Of a stretch of 64,000 nucleotides of DNA, positions 38,511-51,865 are shown in pieces. The first letter of the stretch is position 1; the number at the start of each line of letters is the position of its first letter. Under the pieces are notes generated by a model. That model ran no database searches and was not told the origin of the DNA. It saw only the letters and a list, made by a program, of their open reading frames with translations. This DNA is from Octopus vulgaris (lineage: Eukaryota), in assembly GCA_951406725.2 (NCBI GenBank), contig OX597834.1, positions 16,306,001-16,370,000 on the forward strand, in the 5' to 3' direction. The position numbers and the translations under genes are program-made.

Positions 38511-41343
38511 TGATGATGATGATGATGCAGAGAGGAGAAAGAAGAGAATGATAATGATGATAATGTTGAAAATGACAATGACAATTATGACAGCCATGAT
38601 AATAATGATGATGATACTGATGACAACAATGAAGATGATGAGGATGATAATGACGATAATGACGATGACAATGATGATGATGATGATAACGAAGATGATG
38701 ATGATAATGATGATGATGACAGCAACAATGATGATGACAACAATGATGACAACGATGATGATGATGATGATGATGACAACGAAGATGATGATGATAACGA
38801 TGATGACAGCAACAATGATGATGACACTGACACCGATACCAATGACGATGATAATGACAACAACGACCACCAGTGGTGATGACAAGAAAGATGATGATGA
38901 TGATGATGATGATGATGAAAATGATGAACCTTTATCAGTATTTGTTTTCTTTTACATAGCAATTTCATGCTGCGATCACCACCACCACCACCACCACCAC
39001 CACAACAGCAAGTGAGCATCACAATACACACACACACACATGCCCGCATACAGAGTGGCGTATAATCTGTCTGAGGTCAATTAAAAATCTGATGAGACAG
39101 TTTTGGCAGAAATCAATCTAGGAAGTGTAAACCACAATTTAAGCTCTCTTCCATTCTGGTTATTCTCAAGGAGATAAATTAATTATACCATTAAACTAAT
39201 AATAATTGACCAGACTATTAACCCGGTCTCACTGTCTGTTTGCTTGTTGTTTTGTTGTATTTGTGTGCTTGTGTACGTGCACCTCCGTATGTGTGTGTGT
39301 ATGTATCTGTGTGTGTGTTTGTTTGTTCTCTACTGTTAATAAGAGCATCAACAAAAAAGCGACGAAGATCTTTAACTCATCTAAATGTGGTGTTAATAAT
39401 TCAAAAAGAAAACAAATAAAAAAACACACAAATGAAGTATGTAAAAAAAATACAAAAAAAAAACAAAAACAAAACAAAGGAAAAAATATGTAAATAAATA
39501 AATGAAAACAGAAAGTGAACGATGATGATGATGATGATGATGATGATGACAACAATAATAAGATGACAAGCACAGGTGAGGTTAATTAGTCAAGTCAGAC
39601 GCTTTCTCATTTTCTCGTTTATCTTTCATTGTGAGTTAATGACTTCTGTCAGTCTGACATCTACATAACCACCTTTCTCTTCAAACCGTAAACTCAATTC
39701 ACCATTCAGCAGAAACAGGAAAAAGGAGGCAGCGGCGGTGGGGGGGGGGAAAGAAAATAATAAAGAATAAGATTCTAAAAATTCTTAAATTATGAATCAA
39801 AGAATCTAGTGATTTTGTTTTTGTTTTAACTTTTTTTTTTTATTTTTATTTTTTGGGCTAAGTTAATTAGGGCAAGAGGGGCTGTGGAGCAGTGCTTGCG
39901 ACCTTTATGAACTCAGCCCAAAACAGCTAAGATAAACGAGGCCGAAGGTCAACGTTAACGCTTATCCTTTACTTGCTTCTGTCTTTGGACTGCAGCCATG
40001 TTGGGGATGGGGGGGGAGGGAGCGGCACTATTCTGAGAGTGTAGTGGGTGCTTTTGTGTGCCACAGGCTTTTACATTGTTGATACAAAGACCAAAATCTT
40101 CTGTCATTTTTTTCAAGGTTATGTGGAAGAGCAACAGCTTCCGAGATTGTGTCTGTGAAGGGACCAATACCACCAACATAATCTGTAATACATGTTGTTG
40201 TTATGACCAGGTGGGAGGGAGAGATGGAGTGCAATTAGAACCAGCATTCTGTCAGCTACAATGATGAGGGTTTTCAGTTGATCCGATCAACAAAACAGCC
40301 AGTTTGTGAAATTAACGTGTAAGTGGCTGAACATTCCACAGACACATGTACCTATTTCTTTACTACCCACAAGGGGCTAAACATAGAGGGGACAAACAAG
40401 GACAGACATAGGTATTAAGTCGATTATATCGACCCCAGTGCGTAACTGGTACTTAATTTATCGACCCCCGAAAGGATGAAAGGCAAAGTCGACCTCAGCG
40501 GAATTTGAACTCACAACGTTACGACAGATGAAATACCGCTAGGCATTTCGCCCGGTGTGTTAACGACTCTGCCAGCTCGCCACAGACACATGTACCCTTA
40601 ATGTAATTTTCAGGAAGATTCCAGACGGCACAGAATGTGATAAGGCTGGCTCTTTGAAAAACAGCTACAACTCATTTTTGCCAGCTGAATGGACTGAAGC
40701 AAAGTGAAATAAAGTGTCTTGCTCAAGAACACAATGTGTCACCAGGAATCAATCTTACAACTGTAAACATCATCATCATCATCGTTTAACGTCCATTTTC
40801 CATGCTAGTATGGGTTGGACGGTTCAACTGGGGTCTGGGGAGCCAGTAGGCTGCGCCAGGCTCAGTCTGATCTGACAGTGTTTCTACAGCTGGATGCCCT
40901 TCCAAACGCCAACCACTCCGTGCTTCACGACCTTTGAACTTTAGAACCACTTGGCCTGCACTTTCACAATTAGAACAGTGCAAATGTATCACCTTGCAAG
41001 ATGCCTACACTGATGTCAAAGTTGATGCGTCTACCAGGTGATCATACTTCAATTACTGTATCCTTTGTAGGAGCATCATCACAGGTGTCACTTCTTCTCA
41101 TGTATGTAAGAAGAATTTACTCAATGGAGCGGATCAAAAGCTTTTGAGACGCCTATAATCAGTAAAACAACCTCAAGAATTTTGGCTCTGACTTCCTCAA
41201 GGACTATTGTGACTCAAGTACATTGATTTTTCCTGAATCCATTCTAGTCTCTTCCGAAGACATTCTCAAATTCTGGTTAAATACGGTTCAGTGAGTATTT
41301 ATTGAAGATATTTTATTACTATTTTACATCACAAGAACCACTT

Positions 41344-41768
41344 TTAACCCTTTAGCATTCAAATTCCTCTGTCAAATGCAATGCTGTTATGAATCAATCC
41401 TGAATTATCTTCTATTTTTGAGATTTCAATGATGCGATTGTTTATTTCTAGAATGACATTGTAGGGTAGGTGTGAGAGGCCAAATCTGACCAGTTTGAAC
41501 ATAAAACAGTTAGAATATTTTGGTCAGATATGCTAATGGGTTAACCCTTTAGTGTTCAGATTATTCTGTCAAATGTGATGTTTGTTTATTTAAAATGGTT
41601 TGATTTAATCATGCATTATCTTGTAATTTAGAGATTTCAGTGATGCTATTTTTTAGTTTTAGAATGACATTGTAGGGCTGAGGTGAGAGGCGAGAGCTGG
41701 TCAGTTTCAATATAAAACAGGTTAAATATTTTGGCCGGATATGGCCGGTTTGAATGCTAAAGGGTTAA
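41344..41768. mobile_element. Two adjacent family 2 MITEs sharing one TTAA
   Basis: 41344-41544 and 41541-41768, with junction GGG-TTAA-CCC. Confidence 0.78.
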
Positions 41769-42159
41769 CTAGGTGATTCCAACTCTGTAATTTTTGACTA
41801 TACCAAAATTAATATCTTGAGAATCAAAAAAATATAACCCATGTCCACTCACTTGAGTTTCTTATATGATCTGTACTATAAGATTGAAAGAGAATATCAG
41901 TGAAACCTGTCAAGTCAAATTTTCAATGAAGTGGGTTAGTTGACAACACTGACCCTACGGCTTGACTGGTACATTTTTTTTATTGACCCCGAAAGGGATG
42001 AAAGGCAAAGCTGGCTTCGGCGGAATTTGAACTCAGAACATGGTGACAGTCAAAATACCGCTGAGCATTTTGCCTGGCATACTAACAATTCTACTAGCTC
42101 ACAGCCATAATAATAATGATGATGATGATGATAATGATGATGATGAGGAGGAGGAGGAA

Positions 42160-42438
42160 TTATCAAAAATGGCAGAAATTCAAAAGATAGTGCTCATGGG
42201 AACTGCCCACATCCTACACAAAATACTTTCTATGTAATCTCAAGTTTTAAAACAAACATAATTTTCTTATGGTTTCTTAAACATTCACTAGTACAACACT
42301 AAGTACAAAACCAAATATATGGCACCCTAGGCATAACACCAACATGAACTTCCAACTTGTTGTCTCTTGAGGTCTCTGGGTGAGACTTGGAGCCAACTTG
42401 TACAAATGTAAAGCAAAAGTCAAACATAGAATAATAAT
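42160..42438 (+). mobile_element. Third R4/Dong-like 3' end
   Basis: EIQKIVLMGTAHILHKILSM* plus a 3' UTR with a gaggtc..gacttg motif shared with 25010-25030. Ends in AATAATAAT. Confidence 0.75.
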
Positions 42439-42461
42439 GATGATGATGAGAAGGAGGAGGA

Positions 42462-42563
42462 GGAAGAAGAAGAAGAAGAAGAAGAAGAAGAAGAAGAAGA
42501 AGAAGAAGAAGAAGAAGAAGAAGAAGAAGAAGAAGAAGAAGAAGAAGAAGAAGAAGAAGAAGA
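42462..42563. repeat. Perfect (GAA)n microsatellite
   Basis: Uninterrupted AAG run of about 100 bp. Confidence 0.95.
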
Positions 42564-43209
42564 ATGATGATCCTTTCTACTATAGGCACAAGGCCTGAAA
42601 TTTGAGGGGAAGGAACTAGTCGATTACATCAACCTCAGTGTTTCACTGGTACTTATTTTAATAACCCCGAAAGGATGAAAGGCAAAGCCGAACCCAGTGG
42701 CATTTGAACTCAGAACGTGATGACAGATGAAATACCGCTAAGCATTTCACCCTGCGTGTTAACAATTCTGCCAGTTCACTGCCATAATAATAATAATAAT
42801 AATAATAATAATATTAATAATAATCCTTTCTACCAGAGACACAAGACCAGGAATTTTGGAGGAAGGGGTTAGTGGATTATATCAACTCTGGTGCTCAGCT
42901 GGTACTTATTTTGTCAACCCTGAAAGGATGAAAGGCAAAAAATCAACCTTGGCAGACTTTGAACTCAGACTGAAAAGAGCCAGAACAAATTGAAAAAGGA
43001 ACTTCCTCTTCTTTTTTTTTCTTTTTTTTTCTGATGCACTAATCCTGCCGATGATGATGATGATGGCCCATTTATAAGTAATTATATGAAGCGTCACATG
43101 TTGCAACAAAGAAAAGATTGGAAATTTCTAGAGGAAGCCAGAGGTTATTCACTAAACAAACAATGAACGAAACAAAATAATATAAAACAAACAAACAAAT
43201 ATAATAATG

Positions 43210-43249
<40 letters not shown>

Positions 43250-43538
43250 TAATAATAATAATGATGATGATGATAATAAAGAATCCTTTGAATCCAGTGA
43301 AGGATCAGTGTCTTTACAATTCACAGAAATAAATCTGACTTTATACAAGTTAAGAAAAGTGAGCAAAAGCCAAAAGAATTGAGGCGGCAGCGGCGGTGGC
43401 GTGGCAGTGGTGGTGGTGGTGGTCGTGGTGACGGCCATGGCAGTTGTGGTGGTGGAGGTGGTGGCTGTCCTCATAATGAAAGGGACGATGATGATAATGA
43501 TGATACTACTGCTATTACCACTACTACTATTAATAATA

Positions 43539-43580
<42 letters not shown>

Positions 43581-44119
43581 GTGGTGATGGTGATGTCTGC
43601 AAGAAACTTGTCAAAATGAATCATACAGCACAAAAGAGGGAAATGAAGCAAATGGAACAAAAAAAATCTTTTTTTTTAAATTTTTTTTCTTTTTTAAATT
43701 TAAATAATAAGAAGTCAATGAAATGAAAAGGAGGAGGAGGGGGAGAAGAAGAAGAATGGTCATGCTCTTCTTCTTCTTCGTTTTAGATGCTGGTTTGTGA
43801 CAGAAACAAAAGGTGGGTATTCTTGATATTCTCGATGCAGAGAGGTGTCTTTTATTCGCTTGACAAATACACATGCACATCTGTAACCATTGAAGAGACT
43901 GTGAAATATATAGGAATGACGAGGAATGGAAAACAAGCAAAAAAAAAAAAAAAACAATATTGATAATAACAAAAGAAAATAAATAAAACGAAGCAAGCAA
44001 CAGAAACGAAATAAAAATACAAATTCTTGAAAAAAAAAAAAAAAATTTTTTTGAAACACCAAAAAAAAGAAAAAAATTAGAAAGAAAGAAAGAAAGAAAG
44101 ATGGAATAGAAATTTTTAC

Positions 44120-44248
44120 CTTGGTGTACGGCCCACATTATACGAAAGGCTGGTCCACCCATTTCATCGAAAGGTTTCCGACGTGTGAATATTTCCCATA
44201 AAATGATTCCCCAACTGAACACATCACATTTCTCGCTATAGTTCGAAC
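44120..44248 (-). CDS. MAP3K7: TAK1/MAP3K7 kinase-domain internal exon (129 nt)
   Basis: Translates (G)[42 protein letters not shown](G), nearly identical to the TAK1 subdomain IX-X sequence as I recall it. Bounded by cttcAG acceptor and GTaaaa donor, phase 1 at both ends. Confidence 0.96.
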
Positions 44249-44594
44249 CTGAAGAGTATGCAAAAACATGACATAAAATAAATGAAAGAAATAAACAAAC
44301 AAAGAAAGAAAGAAAAAAGAAGGAAGAGAGAATTGGTTGGGGGGGAGTTTGAAGAATTTTCCTTAAGTCACACAGCTTGTCAGATTATTTCAATTCATCT
44401 TAAAGTGTAAAAGAAAGCTACCGCTGAATACCAAATATATACACATACACACACGCACACACACATGTATAGACATGTGTATGTGGTGAATTAGTGTGTG
44501 CATATATTTGTGCATGTGTATATGTATATATATATATACACACAAACAATTATTATTATTATATATATATATATACATATATACATACACAAAC

Positions 44595-44627
<33 letters not shown>

Positions 44628-44648
44628 AACATATATATATATATATAT

Positions 44649-44691
<43 letters not shown>

Positions 44692-44721
44692 AACATATAT
44701 ATATATATATATATACACACA

Positions 44722-44765
<44 letters not shown>

Positions 44766-44945
44766 CAAACATATATATATATACACAAACATATCTATGT
44801 ATACACACACACAAATATATATATATATATATATATATACACAAAATACATATATATATATATATATACAAACACACACACACAAACATATATATATACA
44901 AACACACAAACATATATATATATACACACACAAAAATATATTATA

Positions 44946-44995
<50 letters not shown>

Positions 44996-45100
44996 CACAC
45001 ACATATATATACATATATGAAGAAACAAAATATAAATATATGATTTTACAAGTTTCTATATGTGTGCATGTGTGTGTGTGTATATGTAAGTATGTGTATT

Positions 45101-45134
<34 letters not shown>

Positions 45135-45569
45135 AACACAAATAAAAGTAGTTTCAAAAAGAAAAACATTAACAACAACAACAAGAATAAATGGCAATGC
45201 TGATAATCAGAATTCCTTGCTATGGATTAGAGAAGCAGAGCAAGTCAAAGAATTATGGAACATGGTAAATAAATGGCAGTTAAATTGAAATTTAACATCA
45301 CTTCTTAATATGCAAAAGTCTCTAGTTGTGATCCTTCAAGAGTGTGTTCATGAGTAAGAATGTGGTAATAAAATGCTTTGAGACGGTGAAGAAGAGGAAC
45401 AAAATCTGCATACGACATATGCAAATGTATATCCCCTTACATGTGTTCCCACATGTGTGTGTGTGTGCATGATCATGATCATTATTTTAACATCTACTTC
45501 TTGCATGTTATCATGGGTCAGATTATACAGCCGGATGCCTTTCCTGTTGCCAACCTTCACCAGCTTCTA

Positions 45570-45885
45570 AGCTCCTTCCAAGCGGAAAGCATAACCTCTC
45601 AAAAGAGCTGTTCTTCACTCCTGCTCCAGAGCGTCGGCTGCGGGGTCACACCGAAAAGCTCTATCTGCGATGATTTCATCTCAATCGAAGGAGAGGGGCT
45701 TTCTCCATCCGGGTTGCGGATCTGTGAAATAAGCTGCCGGACAAGATAGTGAAGATGCCGACGACCGCTCGGTTCAAAGTCTCCTTGACCAGAAATGGCC
45801 TGAACTCTTTGTATGACCACCCTCCCTGTACATAACTCCATGTCCTCCTACATGGCCTTGCTTTTTGCTTTTTGAGCCAAAAAAA
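45570..45885 (+). mobile_element. CR1-clade LINE 3' end, second family
   Basis: RLRGHTEKLYLR*FHLNRRRGAFSIRVADL*NKLPDKIV. Confidence 0.7.
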
Positions 45886-45898
45886 ACTTAACTTACAT

Positions 45899-46225
45899 GA
45901 AGGTGCGTGACTCACTGGTTAGAGCATTGAACTCACAATCATGAGGTATTGAGTTCAATTCCTGGACCAGGCTGTGTGTTGTGTTCTTGAGCAAGACACT
46001 TTATTTCATGTTGCACTGGTTCACTCAGCTGTAGAATTGAGTAGCGACGTCACTGGTTCCAAGCTATGTCCACCTTGGGTAACATAGATGGCATGGGGAC
46101 GGCAGACTGGTATGCATGGGAGACAACTGGTTTTCCATAAACAACCTTGCCTGGACCTGTATCTCGGAGGGGAACTTTCTAGGTGCAATCCCACGGTCAT
46201 TCATGACCAAAGGGAGTCCTTCCTT
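45899..46225 (+). mobile_element. tRNA-derived SINE, another family
   Basis: TGGTTAGAGC..GAGTTCAATTCC head followed by TTGTGTTCTTGAGCAAGACACTTTATTTCA. Confidence 0.65.
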
Positions 46226-46647
46226 TCCTTCCCGACCCATGAGTCTGTACTCATAGGGCCAGTTACCTGGATTCCATGGCACATGTGTGCCAGTGCCATG
46301 TGCCATGCACCCAGCCCACTCTGTAAAGTGGTTGGCATTAGGCAGTGCATCCAGCCTTAGAAACCAAGCCAAATGAGTTTGAAACCTGGGGCAACTCCCC
46401 AGCTTGCCAGCCCTAGTCAAACCATCCGACCCATGCCAACATGGAAAATGGATGTTAAAGGATGATGATGATGGTGGTGATGGTGGTGGTAGTGGTAGTG
46501 GTAGTGATATTTCCCTCTGAATGGGAAGCTGGTCCACCACAAGAATATTCATTTTTGCCAGCTGAGTGGACTGAAGCGACATGAAATAAAGTGTTTCTCG
46601 GCAAAGTAACATTTTCCCTTTGCCCAGACATGTTTTTATGGAAGATT

Positions 46648-47035
46648 ACTCTTTTACTTGTTTCAGTCATTTGAGTGCGGCCATGCTGGAGCACCGCCTT
46701 TAGTAGAGGAAATCGACCCCAGGACTTATTCTTTGTAAGCCTAGTACTTATTCTATCGGTCACTTTTGCTGAACCGCTAAGTTACGGGGACATAAACACA
46801 CCACCATCAGTTGTCAAGCAATGTCAGGGGACAAACACAGAAACACAAACATATACACACACATACATATATACGAGGGGCTTCTTTCAGTTTCCGTCTA
46901 CTAAATCTACTCACAAGGCTTTGGTCAGCCCAAGGCTATAGTAGAAGACACTTGCCCAAGGTGCCATGCAGTGGGACTGAACCCGGAACCATGTGGTTGG
47001 TAAGCAAGCTACTTACCACACAACCACTCCTGTGC
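46648..47035 (-). mobile_element. SINE family A
   Basis: Reverse-complement match over the full length. Confidence 0.88.
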
Positions 47036-47136
47036 CTGATAACAAATAAACATTGCTTGTCTGACGATGATACTTGCTTCCAACAGTTATACAATGTCAA
47101 GACAAGGAGACACAAACAAAACCACACACACACACA

Positions 47137-47772
47137 TACAGGGTTTGCCAAAAGCCACCCAACAGTAAATCAAAATTCCATAAATACTATCTGTAATTCT
47201 GTATTGACTCGAATGGAAAAATGTGTCGCTCAAAAAGGACTCCAGTTTGAACAATTTTCATGATGTTTCATATTTAGATGCTTTTATTAAATTCATTCAG
47301 TTTTTAAACCTAAATAAGTCTTGGAAATAAATGCTTTTGATTTACTGTCAGGTGACTTTTGGCCAACCCTGTCGTGGCTCCCTGTCGGTTATGATAAAGG
47401 TTCCAGTTGATCCATTCGACAGAACAGCCAGCTCGTGAAATTGAGGTGCAGGTGGCTGAGCACTCAACAGATATGTGTACCCTTGTACCCTTAATGTAGT
47501 TCTCGGGGAGATTCAGCGTGACACAGAGTGTGACAAGGATGGCCCTTTGAAATACAGGTACAACAGAAACAGGAAGTAAGAGTGAGAGAAAGTTGTGGTG
47601 AAAGAGTACAGCAGGGTTCGCCACCACCCCCTGCCGGAGCCTCGTGTAGCTTTAGGTGTTTTCGCTCAATAAACACTCACAACGCCCGGTCTGGGAATCG
47701 AAACCATGATCCTACAACCGCGAGTCCACTGCCCTAACCACTGGGCCATTGCACCTCCAGGCCAACCCTGTA
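47137..47772. mobile_element. Tc1/mariner-type MITE with TA ends, right TIR interrupted by a SINE
   Basis: TA-CAGGGTTTGCCAAAAGCCACCCAACAGTAAATCAAAA ... TTTTGATTTACTGTCAGGTGACTTTTGGCCAACCCTG-TA. Partial copy at 15047-15140. Confidence 0.78.
47373..47759 (-). mobile_element. SINE family B inserted in the TIR of a MITE
   Basis: 12-bp TSD GGCCAACCCTGT at 47361-47372 and 47760-47771. Confidence 0.88.
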
Positions 47773-48484
47773 TATAATATATAATATATGGATTTATATA
47801 ATTCAATGGTAATCAGAAAAAAAGTTCCTTTAGTGACCAGGTTAAAAGATACTGAGTAAACCAAATGTAGGAGTGTATTGTAGGGTCCTATACAGTTGGA
47901 ATCTAATAAATCGTTAATATATACATTAAGACGTATTTCTCTCATTTTCCATTTATTAAATCCACTCTCAAAGCTTTGACCAGCCAGAGTTATGGTAGAA
48001 GAGAATTGCCCAAGTGGGACTGAACCCAAAACGGTTGAAAAATGAAATTCTTCACCATGCATCTATCAAAATATATTTTGTTAGACGCATTTTTAATACA
48101 TCACTGATATTCAAACTTCCTTATCCTAAGTGCACAAAGCATGATGCTTTTAAGACGAAACCCTAGGACTCATCTATCTACATGAAGATCATGTATATAT
48201 AATCATCATCATAATCGTTTAATGTCCGTTTTCAATGCTGGCATGGGTTGGACAGTTTGACAGGAGCTGGCCAGCTGGAGAGTGTGTCCAGATCTCCAGT
48301 TGTCTGTTTTGGCATGGTATCTACGGCTGGATCCCCTTACTAATGTGTTGCCATCAAAAAAGACGTGGTTGGTATTACGAAGGAAAACTTAAACAATGCT
48401 GATGAGTAAAATACAACATCACCATCCTTTAACATCCATTTCCGATGCTGCTATATATATATATATATATATCATATATATCTA

Positions 48485-48515
<31 letters not shown>

Positions 48516-48537
48516 CATCATATATATCATATATTTT

Positions 48538-48568
<31 letters not shown>

Positions 48569-48623
48569 TATATCTATATATATATTATATATATATATAC
48601 ATCATATATATCTATATAATTTC

Positions 48624-48656
<33 letters not shown>

Positions 48657-48666
48657 CATATATATC

Positions 48667-48702
<36 letters not shown>

Positions 48703-49721
48703 CATACATACATACATCATATACATACATCATATATATATACAAACATACATCATATATATATATATGTGTGTGTGTATATATACATACATCAAATATA
48801 TACATACATATATATATATATATATATATGACATACACATAAATTTTTATTATGAATTCCTGCCAAGTTTCGCCAATGGTGGCACATTCAGAACAAAATA
48901 CAAGAGCAACAAGCTCATATAATAATATATGGATAGATAGACAGATACATACATACATACATACATACATACAGGTATAAATATATATGCATGTTTGATT
49001 CTGTATTTGTGTGTGTGTGTGTGTGTGTTATATGGGTCATGTTTGCTTCCCACCTTCACGTTCCGCTGCTATATGATGTACACTTCACCTCTCCTGGATG
49101 AGAATAATAAAAGACCCTAAGATTTAACACAAACATTTTCAAAAAACAAAACACATAAATAAATGCGTATTTAGACAAACAGACGAAAGAAAGAAAGAAA
49201 AAAAGAAAGAAAGAAAGAGAGAGAGAGAGGGAAAGAAAAGAAGAAAGGAAGATAGAAAACGGAATCATTTCGTGTTCTCGTAATGTAATTGACGAAAGTT
49301 TTACGAGGGAGGTTAACTTGAAATTCCGTCAACCAAGATACGTCAAATTTAAAGACATTTCTTTTGGGGTTGTTGTTTTTTTTTTTTTTCGTTTTTTTTT
49401 TTTTCAATTTTCTTTTTACTTCTGTAGAGGAAGCATAAAAAAATCTACATAAGTTCTTCACCAGTGATTCTTTCCCACCCCACCCCAAACCGAACCCACC
49501 CCCCGTATCCACCATCACCACCAAAAATAAGAAAATACAACATGAAAATAAAAACCCCGAGTAAAAAAAATGATTGAGAAGAACCAATAAACAATGTGTG
49601 TGTGTGTGAAAATGTATGTAGATATAGGTATGTATACATTTGTGTATTTATGTGCGTGTGTATGTATATATATAGAGAGATGTATACGTGTATGTGTATA
49701 TATATCAGATATGTATACGTA

Positions 49722-49756
<35 letters not shown>

Positions 49757-49807
49757 GTATGTGTGTATGTATATATATATATAAAGATATGTATACATGT
49801 GTGTGTG

Positions 49808-49838
<31 letters not shown>

Positions 49839-50593
49839 ATATATATGTGTATGTGTGTATATATATATATGTATGTGTATATATATATGTATGCGTGTAT
49901 GTATATATAAATAAATATATATATAGATAGATATGTATACATGTGTGTGCATATACATGTATGTAGATGTGTGTATATATATGTGTGTGTGTGTGTGTGT
50001 ATGTATATATAGAGAGAGAGATGTATACGTGTATGTGTGTAGATATATATATGTGTATATATATATATATATATGTATGTATGTAAGTATTTATATACAG
50101 AGACAGAACAAAATGTTATAACCTTTATTACAAGATATAATCTTTTACTATTTCCTTTCTTTGGAGCCAAATAGTTTTTTTTGTCTGTTTATTTGTTCTT
50201 TTTAATTCTTTCAAATTACCATCATCAACATCATCATCGATATTCAATTTGCTTTGTTATATCATTTTTTATTATATTGTCTTTGTTTTGTTGTTTCTTC
50301 TCCCCAACCCCCACCACCTCAAATTACCATCATCATCATTTGAATGGCAAGTTGGCAGAATTGTTAGCACACAAACCAAAACGCTTAGCACTATTACTTC
50401 CAACTCTTCATGTTACAAGTTCAAATTCCACAGAGGTCAATTCTATCTTTTGTCCATTTTCTTTATTTTTAGGGGACAGTGTCGATAAAATAAAGTACCA
50501 GTAGAACACTGGATCAATAAAATCAACTTAACACACGTCCCTTTAAAATTGCAAGCTTAGTACGAAAATCTGAATGAATTGCTAATATTACTA

Positions 50594-50820
50594 TTAACCC
50601 TTTAGTATTTAAACCGGCCATATCCAGCCAAAATAGTTAATCTGTTTTATGTTCAAACTGACCAGATCCAGGCTCTCACACCTACCCTACAATGTTATTC
50701 TACATTAGGTAATTACACCATCAAGATCTTGAGGATATGAGATAATGCATGATTAATCCAAATCAATGGGAATCAATAAGCGTTATGTTTGATTGAATTA
50801 TCTGAACACTAAAGGGTTAA
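50594..50820. mobile_element. piggyBac-type MITE, family 2
   Basis: TTAACCCTTTAGT...ACTAAAGGGTTAA. Confidence 0.85.
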
Positions 50821-51154
50821 GGTAGTGAGCTAACAGAATCATTAGCATGCCAGACAAAATGTCTACCAACATTTCATCTGTCTTTATGTTCTGAGTTCAA
50901 ATTCTGCCGACATCAATTTTGCCTTTCAACCTTTCAGGGTCAATAAATTAAGTACCAGTGAAACACTGGGATCAAAGTAATTAGTCTCCCGCAAAAAAAA
51001 AATTTCATACCTTGTGCCTTAAGTAGAAAAGATTATTACTTATTATTTTTTGTGTGTGTGTGTGTGTATGCGTGCATGCGTGCGTGTGTGTGTGTGCATG
51101 TGCAAGTGTACTATAACTCATCCTTCAATATTGTCCTCCATGTCTTGGGTCCTT

Positions 51155-51865
51155 GTGACCGACATGTAAAAAGCACCATCCGAACATGGTCAATGCCAGT
51201 GCCACCTGACTGGCTCCCATGCCGGGGGCACATAAAAAGCATCCTCTGAACGTGGTTGATGCCAGTAACCTCTGATTGGCTCCCCGTGCCGGTGGCACAT
51301 AAAAAGCACCATCTGAATGTGGTTGATGCCAGTGCCCCCTGACTGGCTCCCGTGCTGGTGACACATTAAAAGAATTATCCGAACGTGGTCGATGCCAGGT
51401 TCGCCTGACTGGCTCTCATACCAATGGCATGTAAAAGGCGCCATCTGAACGTGGTTGATGCCAGTACCCTCTGATTGGCTCGCGTGCCAGTGGCACATAA
51501 AAAGCACTATCTGAATGTAGTCAATGCCAGTACCCTCTGATTGGCTCGCGTGCCAGTGGCACATAAAAAGCACTATCTGAATGTAGTCAATGCCAGTACC
51601 CTCTGATTGGCTCGCGTGCCAGTGGCACATAAAAAGCACTATCTGAATGTAGTCAATGCCAGTGGCCCTCTGACTGGCTCCCGTGCTGGTGGCACGTAAA
51701 AAGCACCCACTACACTCTCAGGGTGGTTGGCATTAGGAAGGGCACCTGGCTGTAGAAACATCATGGGATCAGATTGGAGCCTGGTGCAGCTGCTGGCTCT
51801 CCAGACCTCAGTCAAACCGTCCAACCCATACCAGCATGGAAAATGGACGTTAAACAATGATGATT
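51155..51865 (+). repeat. SINE family D with eight 66-bp tandem units
   Basis: Motif starts at 51161, 51227, 51294, 51360, 51426, 51492, 51558, 51624 and 51691. Confidence 0.88.

Noticed and set aside
40920-41340. Unique, moderately complex stretch within the 8-kb intron
   Set aside because: I could not identify an open frame, motif or structure, so it is left unannotated.
43611-44119. C-terminal extension of the 203-aa ORF containing kinase sequence
   Set aside because: Read-through into the intron past the GT donor at 44119. Low-complexity.
48135-48420. Hammerhead-like words (atgatg..acgaaaccctagg; ctgatgagtaaaatac)
   Set aside because: Each lacks one core box and a convincing helix I.
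49044-49083. 40-nt AG/GT-bounded candidate exon on the minus strand
   Set aside because: Stops in all three frames and no TAK1 similarity.
51155-51710. CRISPR array
   Set aside because: Eukaryotic context, no cas genes, and the spacers are homologous to each other. It is a tandem module within a SINE.
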